A DNA stretch of 64,000 nucleotides from Felis catus (taxonomy: Eukaryota): positions 178,500,001 through 178,564,000 of the forward strand of contig NC_058368.1 of the NCBI RefSeq assembly GCF_018350175.1, given 5' to 3'. Positions within the stretch are counted from its first letter, which is position 1, and each line of letters starts with the position of its first letter. Of this stretch, positions 1 to 13,455 are shown piece by piece. Under the pieces are notes generated by a model, which saw only the letters and a list, made by a program, of their open reading frames with translations, was not told the origin of the DNA and ran no database searches. The translations under genes were made by a program, and so were the position numbers.

Positions 1-548
1 ACATATTATCTCATTTAAGAACTTTTGCTGTTTCAATAAAGCCTGTCCTCTTATTTCTAGTTAGAACCTAGGGATGAGGGTTGATATAAATGAGTTCCGG
101 GAGAGTTTGAATTGGGGGGGAGGGTGGTGGTGGTGGGAGGAGTGGTCCCTTACCTGCTGGGATCTCAGGCCTCATGGAAAGACTCTGCTCTTTAGCATCA
201 TCTAATTGTTTCTGCACAAGCCCAGGCCTGCCAGATTGCCCTACTTTTAAAGAGAATCCAGAAGCCTACATTTCTATATGGAAATCTCAGATTTTAGAAA
301 ATGGCTCAATTTGGAAAAAAAAAAAAAAAAGAGACATAACACCATGTCTAACCCAAACTCAACTATACGATGGGATCTACTCTTGAACAGACTTAAGCCT
401 TTGAGGAAGAGAGGGTGGGATGTCCTCAAGCCAGGCAAGGACAGGAGCAGGAGGAAGCTTGGGGAGAAAGATGGAAAAAAGAGAGACTCATCTCCTTAAA
501 TCCAGAAAGAGGCTGAGAATGTGCGTGGGTGGTAGAGCCTTGGCGGGA

Positions 549-619
549 GTGATGGTTAATTCCATGTGCCAGCTTGTCTGGGCTAAGGGATGCCTAGATT
601 GCTGATAAACATTATTTCT

Positions 620-658
<39 letters not shown>

Positions 659-1053
659 TTCCCAGAAGAGTTTAGACTGAGTACTTTGCCAGTGCAAGTG
701 GGTATCATCCAATCCCCTGATGTCCAGAATTGAACAAAAGCCAGAGGACTGGCAGATTTCCTCTCTTTGCTTGGACCAGGATGTCCATCTTCTTCTGCCC
801 TCCTCTGACCTCACATTGGGCGCCCCTGGTCCATGGGCCTTCAGACTCCAACTGAGACTAACACCACTAGCCCCTGATTCTCAGACTTTCAGAGACAGCC
901 TGGGTTTCCTGGTTGTCCAGGCTGCAGATGGCAGACCGTGGGACGTCTTGACCTTCACAAGCACGTAAGCCAGTTCCTATAATGAATGTCTTCTTATGTA
1001 CATCTACACGGAACCTATTGGCTCTTTTTCTCTGGAGCACCCCGAGGAATCCA
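549..1053 (+). mobile_element. ERVL LTR, MLT2-like solo LTR
   Basis: Begins gtgatggttaattccatgtg...gggctaagggatgcc...aacattatttctgggtgtg and ends cctattggctct...ctggagcaccc, typical MLT2 termini. Confidence 0.75.
622..653. repeat. (GT)n microsatellite inside the MLT2 LTR
   Basis: About 16 perfect GT units. Confidence 0.95.
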
Positions 1054-1169
1054 GTGGTGTGCCTGGCTCCCTATGTACCAGTCTGGAAAGTCCAGTTTCA
1101 GCAGAGACTCGGTGCCCCAGAGACCCCAAATAGCAGAGCCTTGGACTTGTAGGACCCTGGGGGCTTGGA

Positions 1170-1232
1170 GATATATATATACATACATATATATATACAT
1201 ACATATATATATATACGTATATATATACGTAT

Positions 1233-1274
<42 letters not shown>

Positions 1275-1303
1275 GTATATATATATGTATATATACGTAT
1301 ATA

Positions 1304-1341
<38 letters not shown>
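1170..1341. repeat. (TA)n-rich compound microsatellite
   Basis: ~170 bp of TA repeats interrupted by CA, CG and TG units. Confidence 0.95.
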
Positions 1342-1343
<2 letters not shown>

Positions 1344-4300
1344 CTAAACTCTCCCAGATTCTTGCATGAAGCTAGAGAGGGGGGAGTGCAAATCATGAGA
1401 CAGGAGACGCCACCCCCGGCCCAGGGTCCCATACTTGGTTTCAAGAACAAATGACAGACAAATGGATGGACATTCCTTCCACTGCTGGACACAGGGAGCA
1501 TGACTCCGGAACACCCCTCATGCCCTCCACAGACAGCTGTCCAGTCCATGGAGGAGAAGCCTGCACCGTGACAGGCAGCAGGTCAGCCTGGGAAGGCCAC
1601 CAGTCAGGCTGGCTGGTTTCTGTGGAGCCTGTAAACTGTAATGCTCGCTTCGATTCACAACCCAATTGTCTGTAAAATGAGGCACTTTCGGCAGGTCCCT
1701 TAATTAGAATCCGTTTCTCTGACTCAGAGGCAAGAGGCTGAGGCTGCTCTTCCAGCGTCTATTGATGGAAGGAGATGGGTGAATCTTCCCTGCAGGAGCA
1801 GAGGGGCCAGGAGGGACAGGGTGGCAGGGGAGCCTGCTTGGGGTGTCCAGCTGTGTGAGGGAGACAGTGAGCAAATTTTGGGATCTGGGAAACAGTTGCC
1901 CTTCTTCCTTTTGGAGCTAGTGAAGATGTCAGTTAAAGAACCGAGATCCAATAATAACACCTGCAGGGGCAAATAGTGACAGCCGCGGCTACCACTTCTG
2001 GGTCACTTCTTATGAACCAGGAAAGTGCACACCGTCTCACATAGTCCCCATGGCAATTCTTTTCCAGTTCCATCCTTCCCTGGTTCCGAACAGGGGGGCA
2101 GGGGCCCCAAGGTGAGCCTCCGGTTTAGGCAAGCATTTACTGAGTGCTTTCTTTGAGCACAGGGCTACAAAGGTTCCTGATAGGACTTTCCAGTCCTTAG
2201 GTAGAAATGAGTATTTAGGAAAGTCACCAAGTACCAAAAAATACTAAGTTCTGCATTAACCATACAGGGTATGATAGAGTCAAGAAAACAACAATGTGAT
2301 CTCCTTCGGGTGGAATAGTTGCCTGAGCAGGGTTGGGGGTATGAATGATGGGCTTTGAAGGGTGTGTAGGAGTTTGCCAACTGGAGAAGGTAGAAGGAAA
2401 TGCCAGGCCAATAGAATACCTTGCACAGAAGCATGGGAGTACTGGGGGGAGTAACACACACTGCAGTGTGCTATTACCCTGGGGTATAAGAATATATGTG
2501 TTGGAGGGATAATAATAAGAAAGAGACACCAGGCTGGAGTTGGTGATGAGTGTGACAAGTCTCATGCCATGCCACGAAGCTAGACTTTATTCCCTAGACA
2601 CTGGGGACTCACGGAGGGGTTTTAGCAAGGAGAACGATTTATTTAGTTTAGCTCTGTGGTGTAAGATGTCCCCTCTGGTGGCTGATTGGACATGGGCGCT
2701 GAAGGAAGATGCATGTGGTGGGACCAGGGCAAAGGAAAATTCCTGGAAAGTCACCTTGGGCTCATGGAAGGAAGTACCTGACACATCAAGCTGTCATGTG
2801 ATAGGAAAGGGTGGTGCCCAGAAGTAACAAGTTCCTTGTCAGTGGAGGAATCCAAGTGGAGGGGAGGCCTCCTTCGGTCCGTTTTCATCTTGAGACTTGG
2901 AAACTGAGTGGATGTGAGAAGGACGTTGGTAGCTGGGGCACAGTAGAGAAGGCCTCTCCAGGCTCACTCCCCCCACCCCTGCCGGCTGAGCAGGGGTGCC
3001 CGAGCCCCCTTGGGCCCCTCTGCTGCAGCTTGCTAACTCAACTGCCACCTCTGCCCCCTCGGTGGCAGGATACAGCTCTCACGACAGAGCTGGTAAACCC
3101 CAGATCCTTTGCCCCACTCCCAGCAGAGGAGCAGGGGCATTGGGTCAAAGTCGGGTCTAGGGGGCATTAAGTAGAGGAATATTTTCTTCCCACATAAAGG
3201 CCGGAAGTGAAAGACATACACACCTTTCTTCCTGTCTGACACCGGATGGGGTAGGTCATACAAGACTGTGGTGCCTGTGACCACTGACAGGACAGCAGAG
3301 AGTCGCAGAAGCCACCCCAAGGCTTGGCTGAATCACGACCCTAAGATTGTCTACACCCTGACTGTTGATCTGTAAGGCAATAAATAGCAGGGTTTAAGCT
3401 ATTTCGAAGTCAGATATTATGTCTCTTGCTGCTAAATTCAGTCAGGAATATTGCCATAATAAAAAAACAAGATAAAATTAAACACAGGTCCAGCTCCCAA
3501 AACACTGGTTAGCAGTGTAGACTTTGACTTAGGTTGTGGGGAGACTGCAGGAGGCATTATGTCCGACATTCTGCCTTTTGGGAAACCCCCTTCACCCTTT
3601 CTGCCCTTTCTGTCAAGTTCAGGTGCTTGCCACATCATTTTCCCCAGCCTCCTCCCATCTCTCAATCTCCTTTCCATCCTTTTTTCTTATGTGGAACGAG
3701 TTAGGTTTTCCTCAACTTCTTTGCTAAGGAAAACAGAGGTTCTCTCTAGGACACATTCACACCAGAAGGCGGGCATGGGAGGAACAGGGGGGAGGGGAAA
3801 CTTGAGCATGGCTTTGAAGCACTAAGAACAGTTCACCGAGTCGGAGAGGGAAGAAGGAAATAGGGAACTGCACTTGTAAATCTAACAGAACTGTTTTATT
3901 TCTATCATGCACTGAAAATGCTACCTTTGAGGCTAACCCTCTCATCTAGGAGGCTCTGGGAAGCTCGCTGACTCTTGGGTTGGGGATCGGACCCAGACGC
4001 TGTAGGGAGTGTGAGCAGAAGAGGTGTCCCTGGGTCTTGGCAGCCTGGCCTGCACACTGTCCCTTGGGAGGGAGGAGAGGGGTGGGGAGCCGACTCTCAG
4101 GAGCAAGATGAAAGTGTCAGACCCCTGTGGTCTGAGAGTAGCCCCGGTGCCTTCTGCAGCCTGGCACACGGGGTGTGGCTCACATCCCTGCCTGCGCTGG
4201 CTGGGGACTCGGGGGCTTGGGTGCAAAGGCTCCCGGGGAGGAGGTCCCTTCCACGGCCCTCGTGCTAAGCTGTGCTGGTCGGGGCCGGGTCGGACTATTC

Positions 4301-5619
4301 ACTGACTGTGCGAGACTGGGAAGTCACTTCCCCTCTCTGTGCCTTTCCCTGAACGGGAAATAAGAAAGCCCGCAAAGGCAGGATGAAATGAAGTGGTTGT
4401 AGCTAGAGTATTCTTGGCCACACTCGAGAAGAGTGGCCACGAAGGACGCAGGCCTGGCTCAGAGTCTCGTACCCTGTACAGTGTCTTTGCGTTGGCACCT
4501 AGCAGGAGGCACAGCAAGAGAAGACCAGGCTTCCAGATTGAGCTGGGAAATGAAACACATAGGACATGTGGGCTAGTAACAGGTTATCAACATGTGGGTC
4601 ATTATTAACAGCTGCTTCATTGAGCTAATGGGCCTGATAATGTTGCAATAGGGTGTGTATGTGTCCATGCGTGTCTGTAAAGCCCTTTCAATCACAAACA
4701 CCTAAACGAGCACCTCCCCAGGTGTGACAGGCCCTGAGGATACAGAGACCAGAGGTGGACAAGAATGGTCCCTTCCCTGGAAGGGCTCTGCATCAGAGTC
4801 AGTGCAAAAAAGAGGGACCACCTGGATGCTGTAATGAGGAAGGGACTTACTGAGGGAAATGGGGGGCCTATGAAGTCACTGGAAGGGCCAGAGAAGTAGC
4901 CTCCAGAGGTGACCCTGGAGCGCTGCCTCTGAGGTGGCTGCTGGCATTGCTGAGCTCAGGGCACGCTGCTGGGGCTGCAGTTCGGGAAACAGGAAGCTGC
5001 CTCTACTGTGCTGGCACAGCAACTTCCTCTAGTCGCCAGGAAGCTGTGGGACAGATCGCGGGACAGGGCCACAGACAACCTGTCCCCCCACTTGTCCTGC
5101 CAGCAGAGAGCTGCCCCAGGAGCAGGAAGATGGCTTCCGCCTTCCAAATCTCACTCAGGCATGTGTGACTGGTGTCCAGGGTCTGGGCTTCAAGAGGTCT
5201 GGGGTTAGCTATCTGGCCTCCATTGCAGAGCAAGGGACACTTGTAGGAGGGAGGCTGGGGTTGGAGCCAAGTCAGGGACAGTGGCTGAGTCTCTGGCAGT
5301 CACCACCGGCTGTCTAAAGCCTGGCCAGAACCAGCAACCTGCTCCCTGTTCTATTTCCTCCTTAGACTCAACTTTGCAGAGATGGGGGCACTGGTTGGCC
5401 TTCCTTCCTGTGGATACGGGGAACCCCAGAGGGTCTCCTGGATTTCCTTCACCAGCTCTCTGCCTTACGCCATGACTGACATCACCTACAAGGCTGGGAC
5501 ACGTGCAGGAAGCTTGGGCCTGGAAGTGACAAATGGTTTTCAGATTCAAATTCTCTCTTTCAGGGGGCTAGGCTAGGTTTACCCTCGTGTGGGTGCAGGG
5601 GAAATGGATGTGGCAAGTT

Positions 5620-6320
5620 AATTCATTTATTCAACTAATATTTACCAGGTACCTTCTATGTTTCAGACATTGCCCTAGGGCTGGGGAAATAGAGGCGAAT
5701 AGCTCAGACACCTCTTGTGGAGCCTACTTTCTAGTGAGCCAGAATATAATAACCAAGTCAAGAACTGAGAAAAGAATAAGCCCTTCAAAGTGAATGACAC
5801 AGAGCTATGTAATGAAGAGATCCCAGGGGAGGGCAGCTTTTAATGGAGGGTGCAGCTGAGGGCCTTTTTGGGGAGGTGACTTTGAACTGAGGTTTGACTG
5901 ATAGGTTGGAGTCAGCCATGGGAAGATCTGGAGCATGAGCAAAGAGTTCAGCATGTGCAAAGGCCCTGAGGCACGCATGCTCTTAGTGCATCTGAGGACC
6001 AGAAAGAAGCCAGGATGTCTGGACACAGGAGAGTGGTAAGGAAGAACAAGCAAATGTCAGCATATGTCATTTCACTCAAGACCTTGAGGGTCATGGCGGG
6101 AGGTTGGGATTTATTCTGAGAGTGGTGGGAAGCCATTGGAGGCTCCTGAATAGGAGAATGGCATGGTCTGATTTACATTTTAAGGAAATGACTGAGGCAA
6201 ATGGGTGAATGATGGATTGAGGTGGGCAAGAACGAGGGCAGGGAGGCTGGCAGGGGGCTGGCATGGTGAACAGGTGAGAGATGGCAGAAACTTGGACTCG
6301 GGTGCTGGCTCAGGAAATGG
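5620..6320 (-). mobile_element. L2 LINE remnant (3' region)
   Basis: attcatttattcaactaatattt is the reverse complement of the L2 3' tail, followed by typical motifs (gcatgtgcaaaggccctgagg, gggaagccattgga, tctgatttacatttt). Confidence 0.7.
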
Positions 6321-7589
6321 CGTTCAGATCGGAGCTGTTCCGCTCCCAACCCCCCAGCCCCAGCTCAAAGGAGTCCCTAGATCTTTGAGCCCTGCTCTGG
6401 CCTTTGTCAATCTTATCATTGCCAAAAGGCATAAGGTGTGTGGAGTCTGGTGGGTGGGGTGACGTGCCCTTTGTTCTCAGACACACTGTGTCAAGGCCCG
6501 GGCAGACCTGGGTTCAAATACAGGCCCTATTACTTACTGTGGGACCTTGAGCAGGTTACTTCATTGCCATAGGCCTCACTCAGTGTCCACATCTATAAAA
6601 TAGGAACAATGATGCCTTCTTTTGATGAGGATGAATCGTGAGAAAGCCAGCCCAATGGTACACACCCAGTACAGGGTCTCTGTAAATGTCCGCTTCACGC
6701 CTGTCTCGCAGTCCGCATCCTTTTACTCACACTCCTGCTACCCAGCACACGGGTAGGGAGGAGGGGGGCCCAGATGGTCTGTCTAAAAAGTCCCCCAGTA
6801 ATGAAAATGTCAGCAGCAGAAGAAAAGGAGCCAGGCTCTGCTCTGACGGTGGTGATGGCAATGAATGATTTATGTCCAGCATAATGGTTACATAAGCAGC
6901 TGTTACATTTTAAAAGCATCATGCAAACAATATGAAACATTTATTTAAGTGGTTCTGCACTATGGGGAATTTGATTTAATCAGCCTTTATTTCTGTTCTC
7001 ATTAGAATGAAGTCTGGCAACTCTAGTAGACAGCCCTACCTCCATTTGGTAGCTTCCAGCTACTGAAAGCAAATATTTTTACTGTGCCACAATTAAACAT
7101 TTATACAGCACCCGGCTCCCCATCTGGCCTGTGGATGGGAGGGGAGGTGTAGTGAATTCACGCCACGAAAGTCTCACATACAATGAAGGAAGAAGCACCC
7201 CCACATCTAGCAGAATTAATAAAGCACACAAAGAACCCATTTGAGAGTAAAAAAGTTCACTGATTCATAACATTTTGGATGCGCTGGGAGGTGTAGGTAG
7301 GTAATCTGAGAATCCTTTAGGTGGGCTTTTTATCTTTGTTATTCTGGCCTGAGTGAGATATTTTGTTTTTGTTTTTAAATTCTAAGACCCATCACAATTT
7401 ATAAATCACGGACGATGCTAAGAGGAGCCTGTGAAGATGATGGGATTTACTTGAAATTCCACCAAGATTTTCATGAATTATGTTACCAAATTCAGGATAG
7501 AGGTTCCCTTGTGGAGAGTCTTGGCGGGGAGGTGGTTACACAAGGGGTTTTTACTGACTTGGCAATGCTTTATTTACTTTTTAATTTTA

Positions 7590-7800
7590 TTTATTTTAAT
7601 TTTTTTAATGTTTATTTTTGAGAAAGAAGGAGAGACAGTGTGAGCGGGGGAGAGGCAGAGAGAGAGGGAGACACAGAATCAGAAGCAGCCCCAGGCTCTG
7701 AGCTGTCAGCACAGAGCCCGACGTGGGACTCGAACTCATGAACCGTGAGATCATGACCTGAGCCGAAGTCGGACGCTTAACCAACTGAGTCACCCAGGCT
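7590..7800 (-). mobile_element. CanSINE (SINEC_Fc-like), nested in the tail of the adjacent SINE
   Basis: Poly-T, (GA)n, ggctctgagctgtcagcacagagcccgac...accaactgagtcacccagg. Confidence 0.92.
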
Positions 7801-8012
7801 CTTATTTATTTTTTTTTAAAGTTTTTATTTATTTATTTTGAGAGAGAGAGAGAGCAAGTGCAAGCAGGGGAGGGGCAGAGGGTGAGATAGTCCCAAGAGG
7901 CTCCATGCTCCGTGAGGAGCCCGACGTGGGGCTCTGTCTCATGAACTGTGAGATCATGACCTGAGCCAGTATGAGGAGTTGGGCCCTTAATCGACTGAGC
8001 TCCCTGGGTGCC
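7801..8012 (-). mobile_element. CanSINE, older and more diverged
   Basis: Same structure. A TSD-like cttggcaatg(c/t)tttattt at 7558-7575 and 8012-8029 brackets both SINEs. Confidence 0.88.
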
Positions 8013-9476
8013 TTGGCAATGTTTTATTTCTTAAGAGGGTGGTGGCAACATGGATAACTCTGTAGATCTTTTGCATGTGTCAAATAGTGTGTTCTATTGG
8101 TAATAGAAAAAAAGGGGAAAGAATTTACTGGGTATTGGGGTAAAAAAACTGAAATTCCAGTCTTGTCTCTGCCACTGTCTCTGTGAATCTTAGACTCCCC
8201 TCCTGCCTTTTCTGGGCCTCAGTTTCCTTATCTATGAAAAAGCAGAATTGGGCTAGAGCAGTGTTTCTCAAAGTTTGTTCCCTGAATCACTTCTCAAGTG
8301 ATGGCCCTTAAAAAAAAAATTCCATGGTTAAATAAGTCTGGGAAATACTGTGTACTGTCTGCCCCCTGGGAAGATCATAGAATGTTAGAGGTTCTGAGAA
8401 GTCCTGTGGCAAAGAGGTGTCTTTTGTTAAATACCTATTTAACCATCATGAGGTACCAGCATTCTGTAAAATAGCCTTTGAGATTTGTTATTCTGGATTA
8501 GTTCAAAGATCCTTTTAAGTCTACACTCTTTAATAATTTAAGCCAGCTTCCTGCCCCTGAATAGGATAATCGCTAACTATCCCTGGAATAGAGAATGAGG
8601 ACATCCCAGCCCATCACTTTGCTCTAGGTGAGCCAGCTGATATCCTTCCTTCCTGCAGGCACCTGGGCTCATGCCCTCCCAATGCTGGGAACCTCTTCCT
8701 CAGCCACTCATTGAAATTCCTAGGTGTCTATCTTTCCTTTCTCCTTGGCTCCCCACCCTGTAAGTATACATTTTCCAGATTGTCTGTGGCTTAGTATGAG
8801 ATGATAAAACTGAGGATCAGAGAGGTTGTGCGGCTGAGACATGGCCACATGGCCAGGGAGTGTCAGGGCTGAGACCAGAACCAAGTTCCCTTCTCATTCT
8901 CTTCAAATGCTCAAATGCTTGCTTTACATCCAGTTTACAGCCTGCCCCGTGCTGCGATTGAAGGACAGCTTAAGTCCTTGCATACTAACCTGATGCTGTC
9001 TTTTCTTGTTATTGCTTTTCTATGATGGCTGTTTGCTTTTTGTTTTGGTATGGCTCCCCTGGGAAGATTAATAGTCTCCTTAAAGGTGAATGTCCTGTCT
9101 GTGTCTGTACGAAACCCAGCACTGTCCCAAGGATAGCAAGGTGCTGATGACCCTGTCAATGCCCAGTCAGTGAACGTCCCACCTGGCTTCTTAATCTGCC
9201 TGCCAAGCCATCTTGGTGCCAAGTACTCCTCTCTTGAGTGATGCAGTTACATGATTTTCTTCACACAAAGTCACGGTTAAGGCTCCCCCTCCACTGTGGG
9301 GTACTTCAGAAGGCGAGAATCACGTCAGCTCTCCTCATAGGTTCTTAGTCAATTATTCACGTTGGAAAAAACCTTGATTAACTGGAATCCTTGAGCAACC
9401 ACACCCCATTTGAGAGAGAAAGAGACAACTTGGGGGAAACCAGGTTTTTACCGTTGATTGAAAGAGAGCTATGTCT

Positions 9477-9705
9477 GGGGCGCCTGGGTGGCGCAGTCGG
9501 TTAAGCGCCCGACTTCAGCCGGGTCACGATCTCGCGGTCCGTGAGTTCGAGCCCCGCGTCAGGCTCTGGGCTGATGGCTCGGAGCCTGGAGCCTGTTTCC
9601 GATTCTGTGTCTCCCTCTCTCTCTGCCCCTCCCCCGTTCATGCTCTGTCTCTCTCTGTCCCAAAAATAAATAAATGTTGAAAAAAAAATTTAAAAAAGAA
9701 AAAAA
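9477..9705 (+). mobile_element. Young full-length felid CanSINE (SINEC_Fc)
   Basis: ggggcgcctgggtggcgcagtcggttaagcg head, B-box gagttcgagcc, (CT)n, AATAAA, poly-A. Perfect 15-bp TSD aaagagagctatgtc at 9461-9475 and 9706-9720. Confidence 0.97.
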
Positions 9706-10139
9706 AAAGAGAGCTATGTCATTTCTAGGGAGAAGCCCTTTATACAATCATACAGTGAAATTAGGTATGAAAGTGAAAAAAAGGAAGTCTGCCTTTTTGA
9801 AGGATGGTTTTAAACACATCCTGAAAAACAGTATCATTTTCTGCGAAATCCTCGTGTGACTGGGAAACAGAAATGAACCGTGGCTGAGGGTCCCTGATAG
9901 CGGGTTGATTTGAATTTGCTCCGTGGCTGCCTATCTGCCCTGGGGGCCAACTCAGAAATGGCACTCCCCCTTCAAATTCTTTTGGGGGAGCTACTCCTGA
10001 GGTGGGTTGTTCTGAATGCAGGTTTTCGTTGGAGATGGTTTTCCAGGAGAGGAGCACACCCACTAGATGGCAGTGTGCCTGCGGCCGGATCTCACAGGGC
10101 CTGTCACACTGGGCTGCACCCACGGACCCCCACCACATG

Positions 10140-10385
10140 TGTCTATTGAGCCCTTGAAAGGTGGCTGGTCTGAGTTGAGCTATGCTCTGTGTGTGTGTGG
10201 GGGGGGGGGAGGGGTAATGTACAACATTTTATGAATAATTGTTTTCTATTGATTGATTGCATCGATATATGGAGTTAAAGAAAACACAATATTCAAACTG
10301 ATTTCACCTGTTTTCACTTGCTTTTTAATGTGGCTACTAGAAAACGTAAAATTACATATATGGCCTCATTATATTTTCGTTGGCA
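10140..10385. mobile_element. hAT-Charlie DNA transposon remnant (MER3/MER33-like)
   Basis: tttttaatgtggctactagaaaacgtaaaattacatatatggc..cattatattt motif. Confidence 0.55.
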
Positions 10386-13104
10386 GGGAAGAGAGAAGAG
10401 AGCGGGTGGGGAAGGTGGCGATAGGACAACTGGGCAGAGCCAGCATAAGGTCCTGTGCAAAACGGAAGCCTGTGGGGGTTGGCAAACGATCAGCTGGGCT
10501 TGGGTTGTGGCTCCTCGTCTGTTCTGGACTCATGGCTCAATCATTTTAGGCATTGTTTCCTCCATCTGTAAATGGGCAACAAGTGTTACTTCGTCATATG
10601 TATGTTGAAAGGCTTAGCTGTAGGATAGCCATGAGCTGTGGTCCTCTCAAGCCTGCATCCCAACGTGACAGTAACAGCACCCCCTTCAGTCCCAGAATCG
10701 TCTCAGTTAAAACAATAAATTGCATGGTCTCCCTCGTTAAGTGAGATTATGAATATTGAGCACCAGGCACATTATAAGCACACGGCTTTATATACAATAG
10801 ATCCCACAACTCAGATATGAAAGATGCTGACTTCTGTAACTCTGTGCAATTCTAACTTGGAGCCCTGTTTCTGCTTGAAGCACAAAACTCAGCCTTGGCA
10901 TTTTCAGGTAAATTCAGTTATTTCAGAATTACATTCAAATCCAGAGCTCTGTTTCCTTTCTTCCAATGTTGCATCTAAGTTGCATCTAAGCACCTAAGTT
11001 GAGGGGTGGTCATGCAGGTGGATGGCATTGGGCAGGGAGGGGATTTTGGCCATTTACTTGTTTTCTCCAATGGACTGAGTTCCTCCACCTCTCTGGTCAC
11101 TGTCCCCATGTCTGATGAAGTCACAGCCCACAGCACCTCATCTGCTGTGGCACCCTCAGCCCCTCCTCAGGTCTCTGCACCCTCCTGGAGACTGGCTGTG
11201 GTTTGCAGAGGTCGGCACCAGAGGCTGACTCTGTAGTCCCCTCTTGGGTAAGCTCCCTCCTTCCTCACTCAGACGATGGCTTTACATTGTAGAGCAAGAA
11301 GGTCCATTCGTTCAGTAACCACAGAGACTTTGCACCTACTTAGACCAAGACCTTTGGCTGAGCCCATGGGATACAGAGACAAATAATAAGTGTCACCAGC
11401 CTCACCAACCATCTTAACCAAGACACTCACCCAAATACCAAGTGGAAAATAACTACTTCCTAGAGAGAAGTGCAACTAAATTAGGACTTTGGGATGGGTT
11501 ACTCATGGGAAAGAAAACCAGGGTTGGGACTGTGTGCATAAGCTTTGTTGAAGAGCTTCTGAGGACACTTGGAAAGGTGGAGGAATGGTGATCCAGCAGA
11601 AGACCCAGCATGGGCAAAGGCTTGGGGGATGTAAAGACCCAGTGTTTCAGTATGTTTGAAGGTCTTTAAGGAAGAGATAAATTGAGGTGTGTAGGTTTGG
11701 CTGAGTTGGCCTTGGGTTTTTGAGTGGAGTAGGGAGGACCAGAACTGTGTTTCAAGGACCCTTTTCCAGAAGTCACACATAACACAGACTCAAGAGAGGA
11801 GGTGTGGAGAGACTGGAGGCAAGGGGAGCCCACCAGGAGACCTGGATGAGGGAGGGAACTGGAGAAATGGCGTGAATGGGGCTGTTTGAAAAAGACATTG
11901 CTGAGGTAGACTTCACAGGCTTTGGGCACTGAAAGGATATGACAAATTAAAGAGGTGCAGATAACGATGATTCGAGGTTTGGAGTCGGGGGGGGGGGCGG
12001 TAAAAGGGAAAAGAAGAGAGAATTCGGTTTGGGAATCAAAGTCAAAGTCCTGTTATGGGCATGGGTGTTATGAGTTTCCCGGTTGTCCAAATGAAGATGT
12101 CTTGTGGGCAAGACCAGATGTCCGGAGAGAAAGTCAACTTGGACAAGTCAACGGGAGAGTCATTTTATTTTAGGGATTAGGACCGAGGAAAAGAAGAAAA
12201 AGCAGATAGGATAAGTGTATCGGTCAGAGTCTCAACCGGAAACGGATGCCGTACTCAATTCTGGTGATGTGAGGAGAGTTTTTTTAAAAAAGGACTAGTG
12301 GCAAAGTTGTCAGCGGAGTACAGAGACAGCACTGGGAGAGCTGGGGAACCTCGCTTTCTCTCTCTCCTCTCCTGGAAGGGAAGGTCACCAGAACCCAGCA
12401 AACAGGAGGGTGTAGAGACTCAGACACCTTGAAAGTGGCCATCTCTCCACGTGACCTCACAGAGAGGGAGCCCAGTGAATGCACATCCTGGCCTCATGCT
12501 CCCTCTCCTCCCCTGATCACCTGCATCGTCTCCCCGTTGGCTGAGAGCAGATCCTGAGAGATAGATGGAAGGTTCCAGCAAAGCAACGGTAGCCCTTGTC
12601 GTCAGACAAGATGCTAATTCCTCAGGAGAGAATGATTTCCAGCTGTTTATTCTTTTATCCAATAAATCTTATTGGGTTTCTTGCTTATTACAAAGGTAGT
12701 ACATGTTCGTTGTAGGAAAACTAGAGACTGTAGGCCAGCCAGAAGAAGAAATTAAAAATCATTAGCAATCCCATTGTTCAAACCAAATCGCTGTTTATAA
12801 AAATGCAATTTCTTGGACTTTTCTATTAAAAATGTAGTGTAGATGTCTTTCCATGTTGGTACACATGGATAATGTCATTCTGAACAGCTCTTTTTATACG
12901 CAGGAACCACAACTTATTTAAATAACCCCTCTTCATGGAGATGCCGGTTGTGTTCTACATTTTAAATAATAATGCATCTCTGCCACTGAATGCTTATACC
13001 TCCTTAGGCTCAGTTCCTAGGAGTGGCATTGCTGAAGCAAATGGCTTATTCATTTTAAAAGATAATGTGACATATTCTGGCATTGGTTTAAAAAAGAGAA
13101 TATA

Positions 13105-13325
13105 ATGTAAGGGTTAGAGTGTGGACTTCTTGACCAAACCTGATTTAGAATCCTTAGTGAATCTAGGGAAATTAATTCACCTCTCTGGGCCTCAGTTTCC
13201 TAATCTGTAAAATGGGGATAGTGATAGCATGGTCCTTACAGGTTTGCTGTGAGGATTCAGTGAACTATTATACATGATATGCTTAGAATAGAGCCTAGAA
13301 CATGGTAAATATTCAATACAAAGTG
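13105..13325 (+). mobile_element. MIR SINE (representative; many other MIR fragments occur in the window)
   Basis: MIR core cacctctctgggcctcagtttcctaatctgtaaaatggggata...gtgaggatt...atgcttagaatagagcct. Confidence 0.8.
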
Positions 13326-13330
13326 TGCTA

Positions 13331-13368
13331 TCTCTCTTTCTCTCAACCCCTCCCCTGCTCTCTCTCTC

Positions 13369-13399
<31 letters not shown>

Positions 13400-13455
13400 C
13401 AAAAATAAATAAACATTAAAAAAAATAAAACAAAAACAAAACCAAAAACAAAACA
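13331..13455 (+). mobile_element. 5'-truncated CanSINE (3' end only)
   Basis: cccctcccctgctc(tc)n aaaaataaataaacattaaaaaa followed by an (AAAAC)n tail. Confidence 0.8.

Noticed and set aside
986..1549. ORFs of 118-181 aa rich in Y/I
   Set aside because: Translations of the (TA)n microsatellite.
9477..9560. tRNA-like A/B boxes
   Set aside because: Head of a tRNA-derived CanSINE, not a tRNA gene.
10968..11000. gttgcatctaa x2 short tandem
   Set aside because: Simple slippage duplication with no further signal.
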